From contig JAMCSP010000018.1 of assembly GCA_023378865.1 (NCBI GenBank), positions 1-55,448 of the forward strand: 55,448 nt of DNA. The letters run 5' to 3'. Below, one piece after another: positions 19,213 to 27,565 of this stretch. This DNA is from Candidatus Parvarchaeota archaeon. GTDB lineage: Archaea; Nanobdellota; Nanobdellia; Parvarchaeales; Parvarchaeaceae. The notes beneath the pieces are model-generated. The model made no database searches, had not been told where the DNA came from, and saw only the letters and a list, made by a program, of their open reading frames with translations. A program made the position numbers and the translations under genes. Positions within the stretch are counted from its first letter, which is position 1. The number at the start of each line of letters is the position of its first letter.

Positions 19213-19755
19213 ATGGATGTATACGATGCTATAACCAAGAGAAGAACGGTTTATTCCTTTTTAGCTAAAGAAGTAAGCGAGGATATAATACTTAAATTAA
19301 TAGATTCAGCAGTCAGATCTCCGACCGCAGGTGGAATCAGGGAGTATGAGTTCATCATAGTCACAAACCCAGCTCTAAAATTAGAAATAAGCAAAATTTC
19401 TCTTACACCGCATATAGACTCTGCACCGCTGATAATAGTAGTAATATGCGATAAATCAAAGATGGATGCAATATTCGATAAAGAGGACAGCGAAACTTTC
19501 TGCGTTGAAAATGCGGCGCTTGCAATAGAAAATCTGCTCCTTGTAGCAAGTAGCTATGGTTTGGGAAGTGCGTGGATAGCAACTCTGCAGCAGGATGAAA
19601 TCAAGAAAACTTTAGCTATACCAGAAAAATATAAGGTGAGAGGGATAATTCCCATTGGCTACATAAAGGAAGAAGGAGAAGTGAAGCCCATTGGGCCAAA
19701 AGCAGATTTAAGCAAAATAGTACATATAGAAAAGTTTAATAGCAATGCAGATTAA
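19213..19755 (+). CDS. nitroreductase-family flavoprotein
   Basis: 180 aa. N-terminal AITKRRTVYSF motif, SAWIA segment, typical length. Confidence 0.7.
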   Translation: MDVYDAITKRRTVYSFLAKEVSEDIILKLIDSAVRSPTAGGIREYEFIIVTNPALKLEISKISLTPHIDSAPLIIVVICDKSKMDAIFDKEDSETFCVENAALAIENLLLVASSYGLGSAWIATLQQDEIKKTLAIPEKYKVRGIIPIGYIKEEGEVKPIGPKADLSKIVHIEKFNSNAD

Positions 19756-19766
19756 AATATAAAAAT

Positions 19767-19934
19767 ATGTTAAACAAAAAAGCACAGACTAGGATGCCTT
19801 CTTCATTTGGAGGGTTAGTTCAGTACTATTCGGATTACAAAAGTAAGATAACGATCAAGCCAAGAACAGTAATAATTTTTGGAATTATTTTAGTTATAGT
19901 AGTGGTTGGAATAAAATTAGCATTCGGTAGTTAA
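19767..19934 (+). CDS. secG: preprotein translocase subunit Sec61-beta (archaeal SecG)
   Basis: Below the ORF-track cutoff. Own translation gives MLNKKAQTRMPSSFGGLVQYYSDYKSKITIKPRTVIIFGIILVIVVVGIKLAFGS* (55 aa). Basic N-terminus, GGLxxYY motif, single C-terminal TM helix. Confidence 0.6.
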   Translation: MLNKKAQTRMPSSFGGLVQYYSDYKSKITIKPRTVIIFGIILVIVVVGIKLAFGS

Positions 19935-19945
19935 AAAATAAAAAA

Positions 19946-19977
19946 GCAGTTTTTGAGTCCGAGTATGCAAAAACTGC
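19946..19977. terminator. perfect 10-bp stem hairpin between convergent secG and hjc, flanked by T-runs on both strands
   Basis: GCAGTTTTTG (19946-19955) pairs with CAAAAACTGC (19968-19977) around a 12-nt loop. A-run upstream and T-run downstream, so it could act in both directions. Confidence 0.4.
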
Positions 19978-20039
19978 CTTTTAATAAAAAAACTCATATC
20001 CCTTTTTAATTTTGTTTATATTAAAGTATTTGCTGGAAA

Positions 20040-20384
20040 CTATTGGAAACTATTAACTTCCATTTTTTCTATAAAGGTATCTATATCTTCACCATCGTTC
20101 TCGGATATTATTTTTTTCGGGGGCAGTATTATAGTTCTTCCTCTACTGAAATGTATGACAAGTCTGAAAGGAAAACCCGCATATTTATCTTCCATGTAGC
20201 CATAATAATAAAATTTATGCTTGTTTGTCGATTTAATCTGCAAAAAAATGCAAATTCCATTTTTAAATGCTATTATATCATATTCCCCCAGGCTTCCGCC
20301 TGCCCTTACTACTTTCCAGCCTCTTTTTATGAAATTTAACTTTACGTTTCTCTCAGCACGGTAACCTTTCATTTTGTTAAACAT
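20040..20384 (-). CDS. hjc: Holliday junction resolvase Hjc-like (PD-(D/E)xK nuclease) with Gln at the second acidic position
   Basis: 114 aa. KGYRAERNV..GWKVVRAGGS..YDIIAFKNG..IFLQIKS aligns by eye with Hjc motifs (E, VVRSxGS, D, ExK), but reads QIK where Hjc has E-x-K. Confidence 0.7.
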   Translation of the reverse strand: MFNKMKGYRAERNVKLNFIKRGWKVVRAGGSLGEYDIIAFKNGICIFLQIKSTNKHKFYYYGYMEDKYAGFPFRLVIHFSRGRTIILPPKKIISENDGEDIDTFIEKMEVNSFQ

Positions 20385-20386
20385 AT

Positions 20387-21370
20387 TTACAGCCTCTTCA
20401 CTTTATTTACTCTTCCTTCCTGTTTTATTTTTATAAGTTTGTAATTCATCAATTTTGACAGTATCTTGCTAACCTTTATCTTTGAGAATCCTGTATTTTT
20501 TATTATATCTGCCTGATAAGTAAATCCGCTCCTGTTAACGGCTGCTAAAACTGTCCTTTCATCACGGTTTAATAAATCTAGGATAAATTTTTTATTCGAT
20601 TTTTTCTTTGTTTTTTTCAAAGAATTTTTTTTGGAATTAGTATGGTAAAAGTACCAACTAGCTATAGCCACAAAAAATATGATTATTGGAATAATGTAAT
20701 ACAGGTAATAACTCTGATTTGAAGGTTTTTTGCTTACTAATTTTAAGTTATACTCTATTTCAAAAGGTAGGTCTATATAATATCCAGTGATGTTTATGTA
20801 GCTTTGGTTTATTAACTTCCAGAATACCTCAAAGTGATTGCCGAAAGGCGTTATAGTTGAGCTTGGTACTTGATATGCACCGCTTGGTATATACGCACCG
20901 CTTGGCAAAAGCATTCTTATGTTTAATGAGCGGGTAAAACTGAAAGGAAAAAAGAACAAAGTTGAATTAAATGAGCCGTTTGTATTGCTATAATTTTGAT
21001 AATACCCGTATTTTAAGTTTATTGGTATACCTGCCTTTATATTATATACCTCTACCAATACGCAGCTAATAGAGGGAGAAGGTGTGCGACAGTTCGTAGA
21101 ATTATAAATCCTGAATTTTAATCCGCCTAAAACTGTTAAATTATCTATGTTTGAAGGCAGGCTTATATTGAATTCAGGATCAGATATATTGTATAATTTT
21201 ATAGAATATTGTACGATTGAGTAAGAATAAAGGTTTGAGGTCTGTGTAATGTTGTCAGATATATTTACTTGTGAATATGGCTGCGCATTGGCCTTTCCAA
21301 CCATAATTAAAACTATAAATACTGCAAGCAACAAAATAACATATTTAAATTTATTTCCTTTCATAGTCAT
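20387..21370 (-). CDS. single-pass membrane protein with extracellular domain and cytoplasmic C-terminal winged-HTH (membrane-tethered transcription regulator)
   Basis: 327 aa. Signal peptide (..GKANA/QPY), sequon-rich ectodomain, TM helix YYLYYIIPIIIFFVAIASWYFY, Lys-rich linker, wHTH LDLLNRDERTVLAAVNRSGFTYQADIIKNTGFSKIKVSKILSKLMNYKLIKIKQEGRVNKV. Confidence 0.55.
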   Translation of the reverse strand: MTMKGNKFKYVILLLAVFIVLIMVGKANAQPYSQVNISDNITQTSNLYSYSIVQYSIKLYNISDPEFNISLPSNIDNLTVLGGLKFRIYNSTNCRTPSPSISCVLVEVYNIKAGIPINLKYGYYQNYSNTNGSFNSTLFFFPFSFTRSLNIRMLLPSGAYIPSGAYQVPSSTITPFGNHFEVFWKLINQSYINITGYYIDLPFEIEYNLKLVSKKPSNQSYYLYYIIPIIIFFVAIASWYFYHTNSKKNSLKKTKKKSNKKFILDLLNRDERTVLAAVNRSGFTYQADIIKNTGFSKIKVSKILSKLMNYKLIKIKQEGRVNKVKRL

Positions 21371-21441
21371 AATTTAATACATTTTACATTATAATATAAT
21401 AAACTAAGGTTTAAATATAAAAAAGTAATAAATGATGAGAT

Positions 21442-21636
21442 ATGAGAACTGCCAAATACGGTGTAGGTGTTAGGAAAAGGATCGATGCGATAAAGCAGCA
21501 GAGGTCTGAAAAGTATCCTTGCCCCAGGTGTAAAAAACTGTCTATAAGGCGCCAGTCTCCCGGTATATGGAAATGCAAACATTGTGGGCTGGTAATTGCA
21601 GACAATGCATATAACTTAAGTTCAAAGGTGATATAA
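21442..21636 (+). CDS. rpl37ae: 50S ribosomal protein L37Ae (eL43)
   Basis: 64 aa. RTAKYGVGVRKR start and C4 zinc ribbon CPRCKK...WKCKHCG. Confidence 0.92.
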   Translation: MRTAKYGVGVRKRIDAIKQQRSEKYPCPRCKKLSIRRQSPGIWKCKHCGLVIADNAYNLSSKVI

Positions 21637-21637
21637 T

Positions 21638-21778
21638 ATGTCAAAATACAAGTGTTTTAATTGTGGAGCTACTGTAGACTCATCTGAGGTAGGAGACATA
21701 GTTAGATGCCCTTACTGCGGTGGCAGGGTTTTAATAAAGAAAAAGCCGGAAGGTGGGCATCATGTCAAAGCAAGATAA
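21638..21778 (+). CDS. rpoP: DNA-directed RNA polymerase subunit P (Rpo12)
   Basis: Below the ORF-track cutoff. Own translation gives MSKYKCFNCGATVDSSEVGDIVRCPYCGGRVLIKKKPEGGHHVKAR* (46 aa). C4 zinc ribbon. Lies directly after L37Ae, as in many archaea. Confidence 0.8.
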   Translation: MSKYKCFNCGATVDSSEVGDIVRCPYCGGRVLIKKKPEGGHHVKAR

Positions 21779-22010
21779 TCCTTTTAATGCTAGTATTAAA
21801 TTAAGGCTTGACGAAAATTTTCTGCGTAGTATCTTTCATGCATTATCATATAACATTACAAAGGATAAAAGAGTAAAGACGCAAATGAAATTAAAACCAG
21901 ATGAACTGGACATAACAATAAATGCAAACGACTTTAATATACTTCTGGCGGTAAATAATAGTATAATGCAATCAATAAAAATGTTGGAGACTATAAATGT
22001 ATATGAATGA
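21762..22010 (+). CDS. pcc1: KEOPS complex subunit Pcc1-like
   Basis: About 82 aa from the ATG at 21762 (the track start at 21753 is GTG). ..SIFHALSYN..DELDITINANDFNILLAVNNSIMQSIKMLETI matches the Pcc1 pattern (L.I.I.A.D...L....NS....I). Next to prefoldin beta. Confidence 0.65.
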   Translation: MSKQDNPFNASIKLRLDENFLRSIFHALSYNITKDKRVKTQMKLKPDELDITINANDFNILLAVNNSIMQSIKMLETINVYE

Positions 22011-22311
22011 AGAAGAGTTTGAAGAACTTAGGCAACGTTTGCAGGTCGAAACAACGCAGAAACAGACACTGCAATTGCAGTATAATGAACTGAAGCGTAC
22101 AATAGAAGAAGTTGAAAAAACACAAGAGGGTTCCGATCTGTTTCAACTGTCTGGCCAGATACTGATTAAGAAGGACAAAAATGAGATATTAAAAGATCTT
22201 AAAGAAAAGTCAGAGATAATAGATTTTAGGTTAAAAGCTTCTTCTAAGTCAATAGATGAATTAACAAATAAGCTTCAAAGCATTCAGGACAAGAACAAAA
22301 AAGCACAGTAA
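21997..22311 (+). CDS. pfdB: prefoldin beta subunit
   Basis: 104 aa. Two coiled-coil segments flank a central hairpin (LFQLSGQILIKKDKNE). Overlaps pcc1 by 14 nt. Confidence 0.75.
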   Translation: MYMNEEEFEELRQRLQVETTQKQTLQLQYNELKRTIEEVEKTQEGSDLFQLSGQILIKKDKNEILKDLKEKSEIIDFRLKASSKSIDELTNKLQSIQDKNKKAQ

Positions 22312-22357
22312 AAGCTTCACGGCAAATATTTTTATTGATTGAAAACAACAATAGATT

Positions 22358-23323
22358 ATGTTCGATTTTGTTACTTTAGGTTCTGCAACGAAGGATACCT
22401 TTCTTTTTCTGGACAAAGCGCTTCTAAAACCGGGAGTAAACAGGCATTTCCTTGAGATACCTACTGATAAGAAAATAGACGTAAATAAAGTTCTTGAATT
22501 CAGCGGTGGCAGTGCTACAAATGCCGCGGCTACATTCGCAGCATTTGATAAGAAATGCGCAGTTATATCAAAGATAGGTAATGATGAATACGGCCAGTTT
22601 GTAATGAATGATTTAAACAAACGGAAGATAAGTACCGAACTTATAAAGGTATCTAACGGAGAGACCCCTTTCTCAAACATAGTTGTATCCTCAAGCGGTG
22701 ACATGATCCTGCTGATACATCGCGGTATAGAGAGCACATTATCATTGGAGGATATACAGCTTGATTTTAAGTCAAAGTGGCTTTACATTGGGCCGTTGCC
22801 ATGTAAAAACACGGACCTTCTTTTAAACGTTTTGAAGTTTGCTAAAGCAAATGACATGAAAACCGTGCTTAATCCCGGTTCTGTGGAGTTGAATTTAAAG
22901 TTAAAGAAGATGGCTCCTGTATTAAAGTATGTAGACATAATAAGCATGAATGATGATGAAGCCAAAAAATTTGTAGGCTATGCAAATGATGTAAACAATC
23001 TTTCTAAATTAGCTGAGCATGTAAATGAGATAGCCATAATAACTAAAGGAGACAAAGGATCGCTTGTTTTATCCAAAGAGAATCTTTACATAGCTAATAC
23101 TTTTAAAACAAAACAGATAAATTTTGTCGGCGCAGGAGACGCATTTCTATCTTCGTTTGTAAATGCCATTGATGATGGAAAGGACATAGAACAAGCTATA
23201 ACAGCAGGAAGCTTCAATGCCAGCAACGTCATACAGAAATATGGAGCAAAAGAAGGCATAACTGGCAAATATCCTCCGGAAAATATGAAATTAAGGATAG
23301 CAAAAAGCAAGATAACTATATAA
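22358..23323 (+). CDS. PfkB/ribokinase-family sugar kinase (candidate ATP-dependent 6-phosphofructokinase by context)
   Basis: 321 aa. N-terminal VTLGSATKDTFLF and C-terminal anion-hole motif VGAGDAFLSSF. First gene of a glycolytic cluster. Confidence 0.75.
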   Translation: MFDFVTLGSATKDTFLFLDKALLKPGVNRHFLEIPTDKKIDVNKVLEFSGGSATNAAATFAAFDKKCAVISKIGNDEYGQFVMNDLNKRKISTELIKVSNGETPFSNIVVSSSGDMILLIHRGIESTLSLEDIQLDFKSKWLYIGPLPCKNTDLLLNVLKFAKANDMKTVLNPGSVELNLKLKKMAPVLKYVDIISMNDDEAKKFVGYANDVNNLSKLAEHVNEIAIITKGDKGSLVLSKENLYIANTFKTKQINFVGAGDAFLSSFVNAIDDGKDIEQAITAGSFNASNVIQKYGAKEGITGKYPPENMKLRIAKSKITI

Positions 23324-23345
23324 TAACTAAAAGTTTATAGTTAAT

Positions 23346-24077
23346 ATGGAAAAATTACCATTAAGGGGAGTCTTTCTTGCTTATGATCATGGCCTTGAAC
23401 ACGGCCCAACTGATTTTAATGAGCTTAATGTTTCTCCAAAGTACATAATAGATCTGGCAAAGAAGTCAGAAGTTGATGCATTGATACTTTTAAAGGGAAG
23501 CGCAATGCATTATTATAATAAAAAAGAAATAAACATACCTTTGATACTCAAATTAAACGGCAAGACAAGATTATATGGCGGAGAGCCGTTCTCAACGCAG
23601 AATACCAGTGTTTCTGAAGCAGTAAAGTTAGGGGCAGCTGCAGTTGGTTACACAGTATACTGGGGAAGCAAATACGAAAAATATATGGTAAGGGAATTTG
23701 GTAAAATAGAAGAAGAAGCGCATTCAATCGGTTTACCTGTCATAATGTGGTCCTACCCAAGAGGTAAAAACATACAGGATGATGAGTCCCCCGAAATAGT
23801 TTCTTATGCAGCAAGAGCAGCTTTTGAGATGGGGGCAGATATAGTTAAATTGAAGTATCCAGATGACGACTCAAAATTAGACTGGGTTGTAAAATCAGCT
23901 GATAAAACAAAAGTTTTTCTGGCAGGGGGCAAAAAATTAGATACAGAAAATATTGAGCAACATGTTAAGAAAGCAATCGGCGCTGGATTCAGCGGAATAG
24001 CAATAGGTAGAAATATCTGGCAAAGTGATAATCCTGTAGAAAGAATAAAGGAAATAAAAAGCGTATTGAAAGATTAA
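23346..24077 (+). CDS. fba: archaeal class I fructose-bisphosphate aldolase (DhnA/FbaB family)
   Basis: 243 aa. TIM-barrel aldolase pattern with the Schiff-base Lys context GADIVKLKYP. Flanked by sugar kinases and TIM. Confidence 0.7.
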   Translation: MEKLPLRGVFLAYDHGLEHGPTDFNELNVSPKYIIDLAKKSEVDALILLKGSAMHYYNKKEINIPLILKLNGKTRLYGGEPFSTQNTSVSEAVKLGAAAVGYTVYWGSKYEKYMVREFGKIEEEAHSIGLPVIMWSYPRGKNIQDDESPEIVSYAARAAFEMGADIVKLKYPDDDSKLDWVVKSADKTKVFLAGGKKLDTENIEQHVKKAIGAGFSGIAIGRNIWQSDNPVERIKEIKSVLKD

Positions 24078-24922
24078 TGGCAAAAGGCAAATTATGCATA
24101 GATATAGGTGGTACAAAAATTATATTTGCAATAATTGATAAACCGGGACATATCATCAAAAGCAAAAGGATAGACACGCCAAAATCAAAGAGTTTGTTCC
24201 TAAAAGCATTAAACGAAAATATAAACAATTATCAAGTATTCTCCAATGGTATAATAAACGTTTCTATGGCAGGAAGAGTTGACGATTTCGGTAAAGTTAT
24301 TTTCTCACCAAATCTTCCGATAATGGGCTTTAATTTTATTGAGTTTATGAAAAAGTTTTCAAGTAAAGTGACAATAGAAAACGATGGAAACTGCTTTGGC
24401 ATATATCAGTTGTATTCGGGCAGTTTGAAAAAATATAAAAGTGGCCTGGCAATAGTTTGGGGAACTGGCATAGGCAGCTCAATAATATACTCCGGAAGGA
24501 TATACAAAGGAGGAGGATTCGCTACCGAATCTGGGCACATGATTTATGATTACAGCACTGGAAAAGACATAGAAAACGCAATAGGCGGAAAAAGCATAAA
24601 ACAAATCTATGGTATGGACGGTTTTAATTTACACAGACTTGCAGAAAAAGGAGATAAGAAGGCCTTGAAGGCATTTCAGGAAATCGGAAGAAAGTTCGGT
24701 TTATATCTTTCTTCTATGATGTTTGTGTTGGATCCGGAAGTAATAATAATCGGCGGAAGCTTTGCAAATTCCTGGAAGTTTATGAAAGATAGCGTATATA
24801 GTGTAATAAATGAAAAGAGGATAAGAAGAAAAATAACAATAAAAATAAGCAGAGGAAAGTTTTATGTAGTAAGAGGTTGTTATTTTATTGATGAATATGA
24901 AAACTCTAATAATAAATTATAA
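24077..24922 (+). CDS. ROK-family glucokinase
   Basis: 281 aa. ATPase motif CIDIGGTKIIFAI, ENDGNCF, GTGIGSSII, ESGHM. Start shares a nucleotide with the fba stop. Confidence 0.75.
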   Translation: MAKGKLCIDIGGTKIIFAIIDKPGHIIKSKRIDTPKSKSLFLKALNENINNYQVFSNGIINVSMAGRVDDFGKVIFSPNLPIMGFNFIEFMKKFSSKVTIENDGNCFGIYQLYSGSLKKYKSGLAIVWGTGIGSSIIYSGRIYKGGGFATESGHMIYDYSTGKDIENAIGGKSIKQIYGMDGFNLHRLAEKGDKKALKAFQEIGRKFGLYLSSMMFVLDPEVIIIGGSFANSWKFMKDSVYSVINEKRIRRKITIKISRGKFYVVRGCYFIDEYENSNNKL

Positions 24923-25577
24923 GGCATATGAAGAAGCATTTACGAACGGTATAGACATAGCAAGATATTCCACTGAGTTATCAAAAACTTCTGGTGTAAG
25001 CATAATAGTTTCTCCGCCATTTACGATTTTAAGAGATACTGTAAAAATAGCAAAGACAATAGCGCAGGGAGTAGATGAAGTAGATCCCGGCGCATTTACT
25101 GCTCATGTAACCTGGTTTGAATTAAAGCAAGCAGCTGTTGCAGGCACACTTTTAAATCATTCCGAAGAGAGATATGCACATTCAAAAAATGGGCCAATTG
25201 ATTACGCTGCTCTAAAAATGGCGGTTGACAAATGCGCCAAAGCAGGCTTGGAAACCTATGTATGTGTGCAGAATTTAGAAGAAGCGAAGGAAATATTAAA
25301 GATGAAGCCAACAGGAATAGCGTATGAGCCTCCTGAATTAATAGGAGGAAATATATCTGTCTCAAACTCCAAACCGGGTATAGTAAAGGAATTCTGTAGT
25401 TTGATAAAGGAAAACTCCCAGTCTCTTGCGTTGATAGGTGCGGGTATAAAGGGAAAGGAAGATGCCGAAAAAAGCGTTGAGCTTGGAAGCGATGGTCTTC
25501 TTGTAGCATCGGGCATACTTAAGACCAATGACTACAAATCTGTTATAAATGCTCTTGTTGAAGGATTAAGTAAGTGA
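24888..25577 (+). CDS. tpiA: triosephosphate isomerase (short archaeal type)
   Basis: 229 aa. INYKAY, LLNHSEER, AYEPPELIGG, GAGI. The start may instead be the ATG at 24897. Confidence 0.88.
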   Translation: MMNMKTLIINYKAYEEAFTNGIDIARYSTELSKTSGVSIIVSPPFTILRDTVKIAKTIAQGVDEVDPGAFTAHVTWFELKQAAVAGTLLNHSEERYAHSKNGPIDYAALKMAVDKCAKAGLETYVCVQNLEEAKEILKMKPTGIAYEPPELIGGNISVSNSKPGIVKEFCSLIKENSQSLALIGAGIKGKEDAEKSVELGSDGLLVASGILKTNDYKSVINALVEGLSK

Positions 25578-26705
25578 GTTTATCTGTTTCAGGTCGTTCT
25601 TTATCTGTGTTGAATTACAAGGAGTTTCATTGTAATTTATGTAGCTGCATAACAGAGTTTGGATAAAATAGACGCTGTCATTGAATGCTCTGCCCACGGT
25701 TTGATTTGTTTTTATAAGCTGTTTTATCTGAGTTATGTTATCATCCTCAAAAATTCTAGGGTTTATCATGGAAGATACCTCTACATATCTGCCGCCTATA
25801 TCAATAAACGGCATGAAGTTTCCCAGGTTGCTGAAAAATGGGTAAGCTGAGTTCTGATCAAAATCAAACAGCTCTTTTTCGAGCGTATTTACATATTTGC
25901 TTGAGCTTAGGTTTTGAAGGCTCGATGATTCTATGGCAAAATATGGGCTCTGATACCTGCTCCCGTTTATTTGATAAAATTCTGTGTTTCCAAGGGTTTC
26001 TCCGGTTGAAAATGAAACTGATGGAGAGGTTATAACATTCAGATTACTGAACTTTCCGAATGCATTCAGAGCCTTGTAAAGTATCATGCTTTGTACTGCG
26101 CTGAAACTTGAGTTGCTGTAAATGAAGCTTATCAGGGTTTTGTTTCCGGATGTATATCCGCTGCTATTGAATAAATAAAGTATCTGCGAAGGGTTAATCA
26201 CGTTTTTATTTGTATTATTGTATATCTCCGATTGATTGAATATGTCAAATGCAGTTACTTTCCTTCCCTGTATCAAGTCAAAATATGTTATTCCTTTTGT
26301 GAGGCCTGCCAAAAATGGTGTGTTAAGTACAAATTTGTTTCCTTCTATGTTAAATACATTTAAGTAAACTAGGCTGTCAAGCACGTTTTCTGAGCTGTTC
26401 GTTTCATTTATTAATATTGTTGGTAAGGCTGTAATTGAATAGTTTGAGACAATAGAATTTCCTTCAGAGCTGTTAAAAGATACGTTTTCTGCTTTTAATG
26501 TAGATTTATCCGAATTGAATAGGCTGTAAATTATGTTTAGAGCGCTGTTGCTGCATGAACTGCAGCTGTTGTAAAAGATGTTAATAGAGCTCTGGGCATT
26601 ACTTTTGGAATTAATCTTTCCGCTGTTGTAGAAAAAAAGAAAATATACAAGAAATATTACCACTATTGCGCCTACTAACAATAACATTTCCTTTTTTTTA
26701 TCCAT
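25566..26705 (-). CDS. membrane-anchored extracytoplasmic protein with N-terminal thioredoxin-fold domain (CSSC) and unknown C-terminal domain
   Basis: 379 aa. N-terminal TM anchor. SINIFYNSCSSCSNSALNIIYSLF (strand-CxxC-helix) and SIVSNYSITALPTILINE, which parallels EIAAKYGVEAIPTTLLIE of the thioredoxin at 347-664. Sequon-rich remainder. Confidence 0.55.
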   Translation of the reverse strand: MDKKKEMLLLVGAIVVIFLVYFLFFYNSGKINSKSNAQSSINIFYNSCSSCSNSALNIIYSLFNSDKSTLKAENVSFNSSEGNSIVSNYSITALPTILINETNSSENVLDSLVYLNVFNIEGNKFVLNTPFLAGLTKGITYFDLIQGRKVTAFDIFNQSEIYNNTNKNVINPSQILYLFNSSGYTSGNKTLISFIYSNSSFSAVQSMILYKALNAFGKFSNLNVITSPSVSFSTGETLGNTEFYQINGSRYQSPYFAIESSSLQNLSSSKYVNTLEKELFDFDQNSAYPFFSNLGNFMPFIDIGGRYVEVSSMINPRIFEDDNITQIKQLIKTNQTVGRAFNDSVYFIQTLLCSYINYNETPCNSTQIKNDLKQINSLT

Positions 26706-26740
26706 ATTCAGTTGCCGGAATACTAAGAATGATACTGTGT

Positions 26741-27532
26741 TTATGTAAATATATTGCTTAATGTTTTGAGGTGGATTTCTTCCACAGTTGAAAGTTTTAT
26801 AGGAGTAACAGTTATCTTCCCGTCAAACAAGTTATATAGATCTGCGTTTTTGTCCAAATCCTTTCTAAGCGTTCCATAGAGCCAGTAATAATCTCTGCCG
26901 TTGGGGTCTTTCTTTTTTATAACTATATCATCAAAAACCCTTTTATCAGTCTTGGCTATTTTTATTTCGGTTTTTTTGTTTATTTTCAGCGGCAGGTTTA
27001 TATTTATCATGTCAATGTTTTTTGGAAATCCCTTTCTCTTTATGTTTTTAAGTATCTTAACTACATTTTCATATGAATCCTTCATGCTTTTGTCTATTTC
27101 ATTTTGATTCATTTCTTGTGACAGGTTCTTTGAAAATGCTATGCTAGGTATTTCTGATATTGCAGCAAACATTGCAGCAGATATTGTACCGGATGAATAT
27201 ACTGTTTCTAAGCCGGCATTCATTCCTTCGTTTATTCCTGATAATACCATTGAAACATTCTGTTTGAAAAGATGGTAAATCGACATAAATACGCAGTCAG
27301 CAGGAGTTCCGGATACAGTGTAACATGGCATTTCATTGTAATTTATTTTTTCAACCCGCAAAGGCTTGTGAAAGGTAAAACTCATTCCACTAGAACTTTG
27401 AAGTTTGTCCGGCGAAACTACCATTACTTCACGGCCAAAAACTTTTTTAGCTGCTCTATACAAAGTGTGCAGTCCTTCCGTTTTATAACCGTCATCATTT
27501 GTAACTAATACTACCATGTCTCTATCTAACAC
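26741..27532 (-). CDS. surE: 5'/3'-nucleotidase SurE
   Basis: 263 aa. N-terminal VLVTNDDGYKTEGL and GINEGMNAG, YSGTISAA motifs. Confidence 0.9.
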   Translation of the reverse strand: MLDRDMVVLVTNDDGYKTEGLHTLYRAAKKVFGREVMVVSPDKLQSSSGMSFTFHKPLRVEKINYNEMPCYTVSGTPADCVFMSIYHLFKQNVSMVLSGINEGMNAGLETVYSSGTISAAMFAAISEIPSIAFSKNLSQEMNQNEIDKSMKDSYENVVKILKNIKRKGFPKNIDMININLPLKINKKTEIKIAKTDKRVFDDIVIKKKDPNGRDYYWLYGTLRKDLDKNADLYNLFDGKITVTPIKLSTVEEIHLKTLSNIFT

Positions 27533-27565
27533 TTTGAGCTATTTATCTTTCTACAAATAGCCTTT

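Noticed and set aside
20035-20054. Tandem direct repeat GGAAACTATT x2
   Set aside because: There are only two short copies, mostly inside the 3' end of the hjc-like gene. This is too short to be meaningful.
23346-24077. Alternative call as AroA' (2-amino-3,7-dideoxy-D-threo-hept-6-ulosonate synthase)
   Set aside because: It is the same protein family and cannot be excluded from sequence alone. The flanking kinase, glucokinase and TIM genes favour the glycolytic aldolase role.
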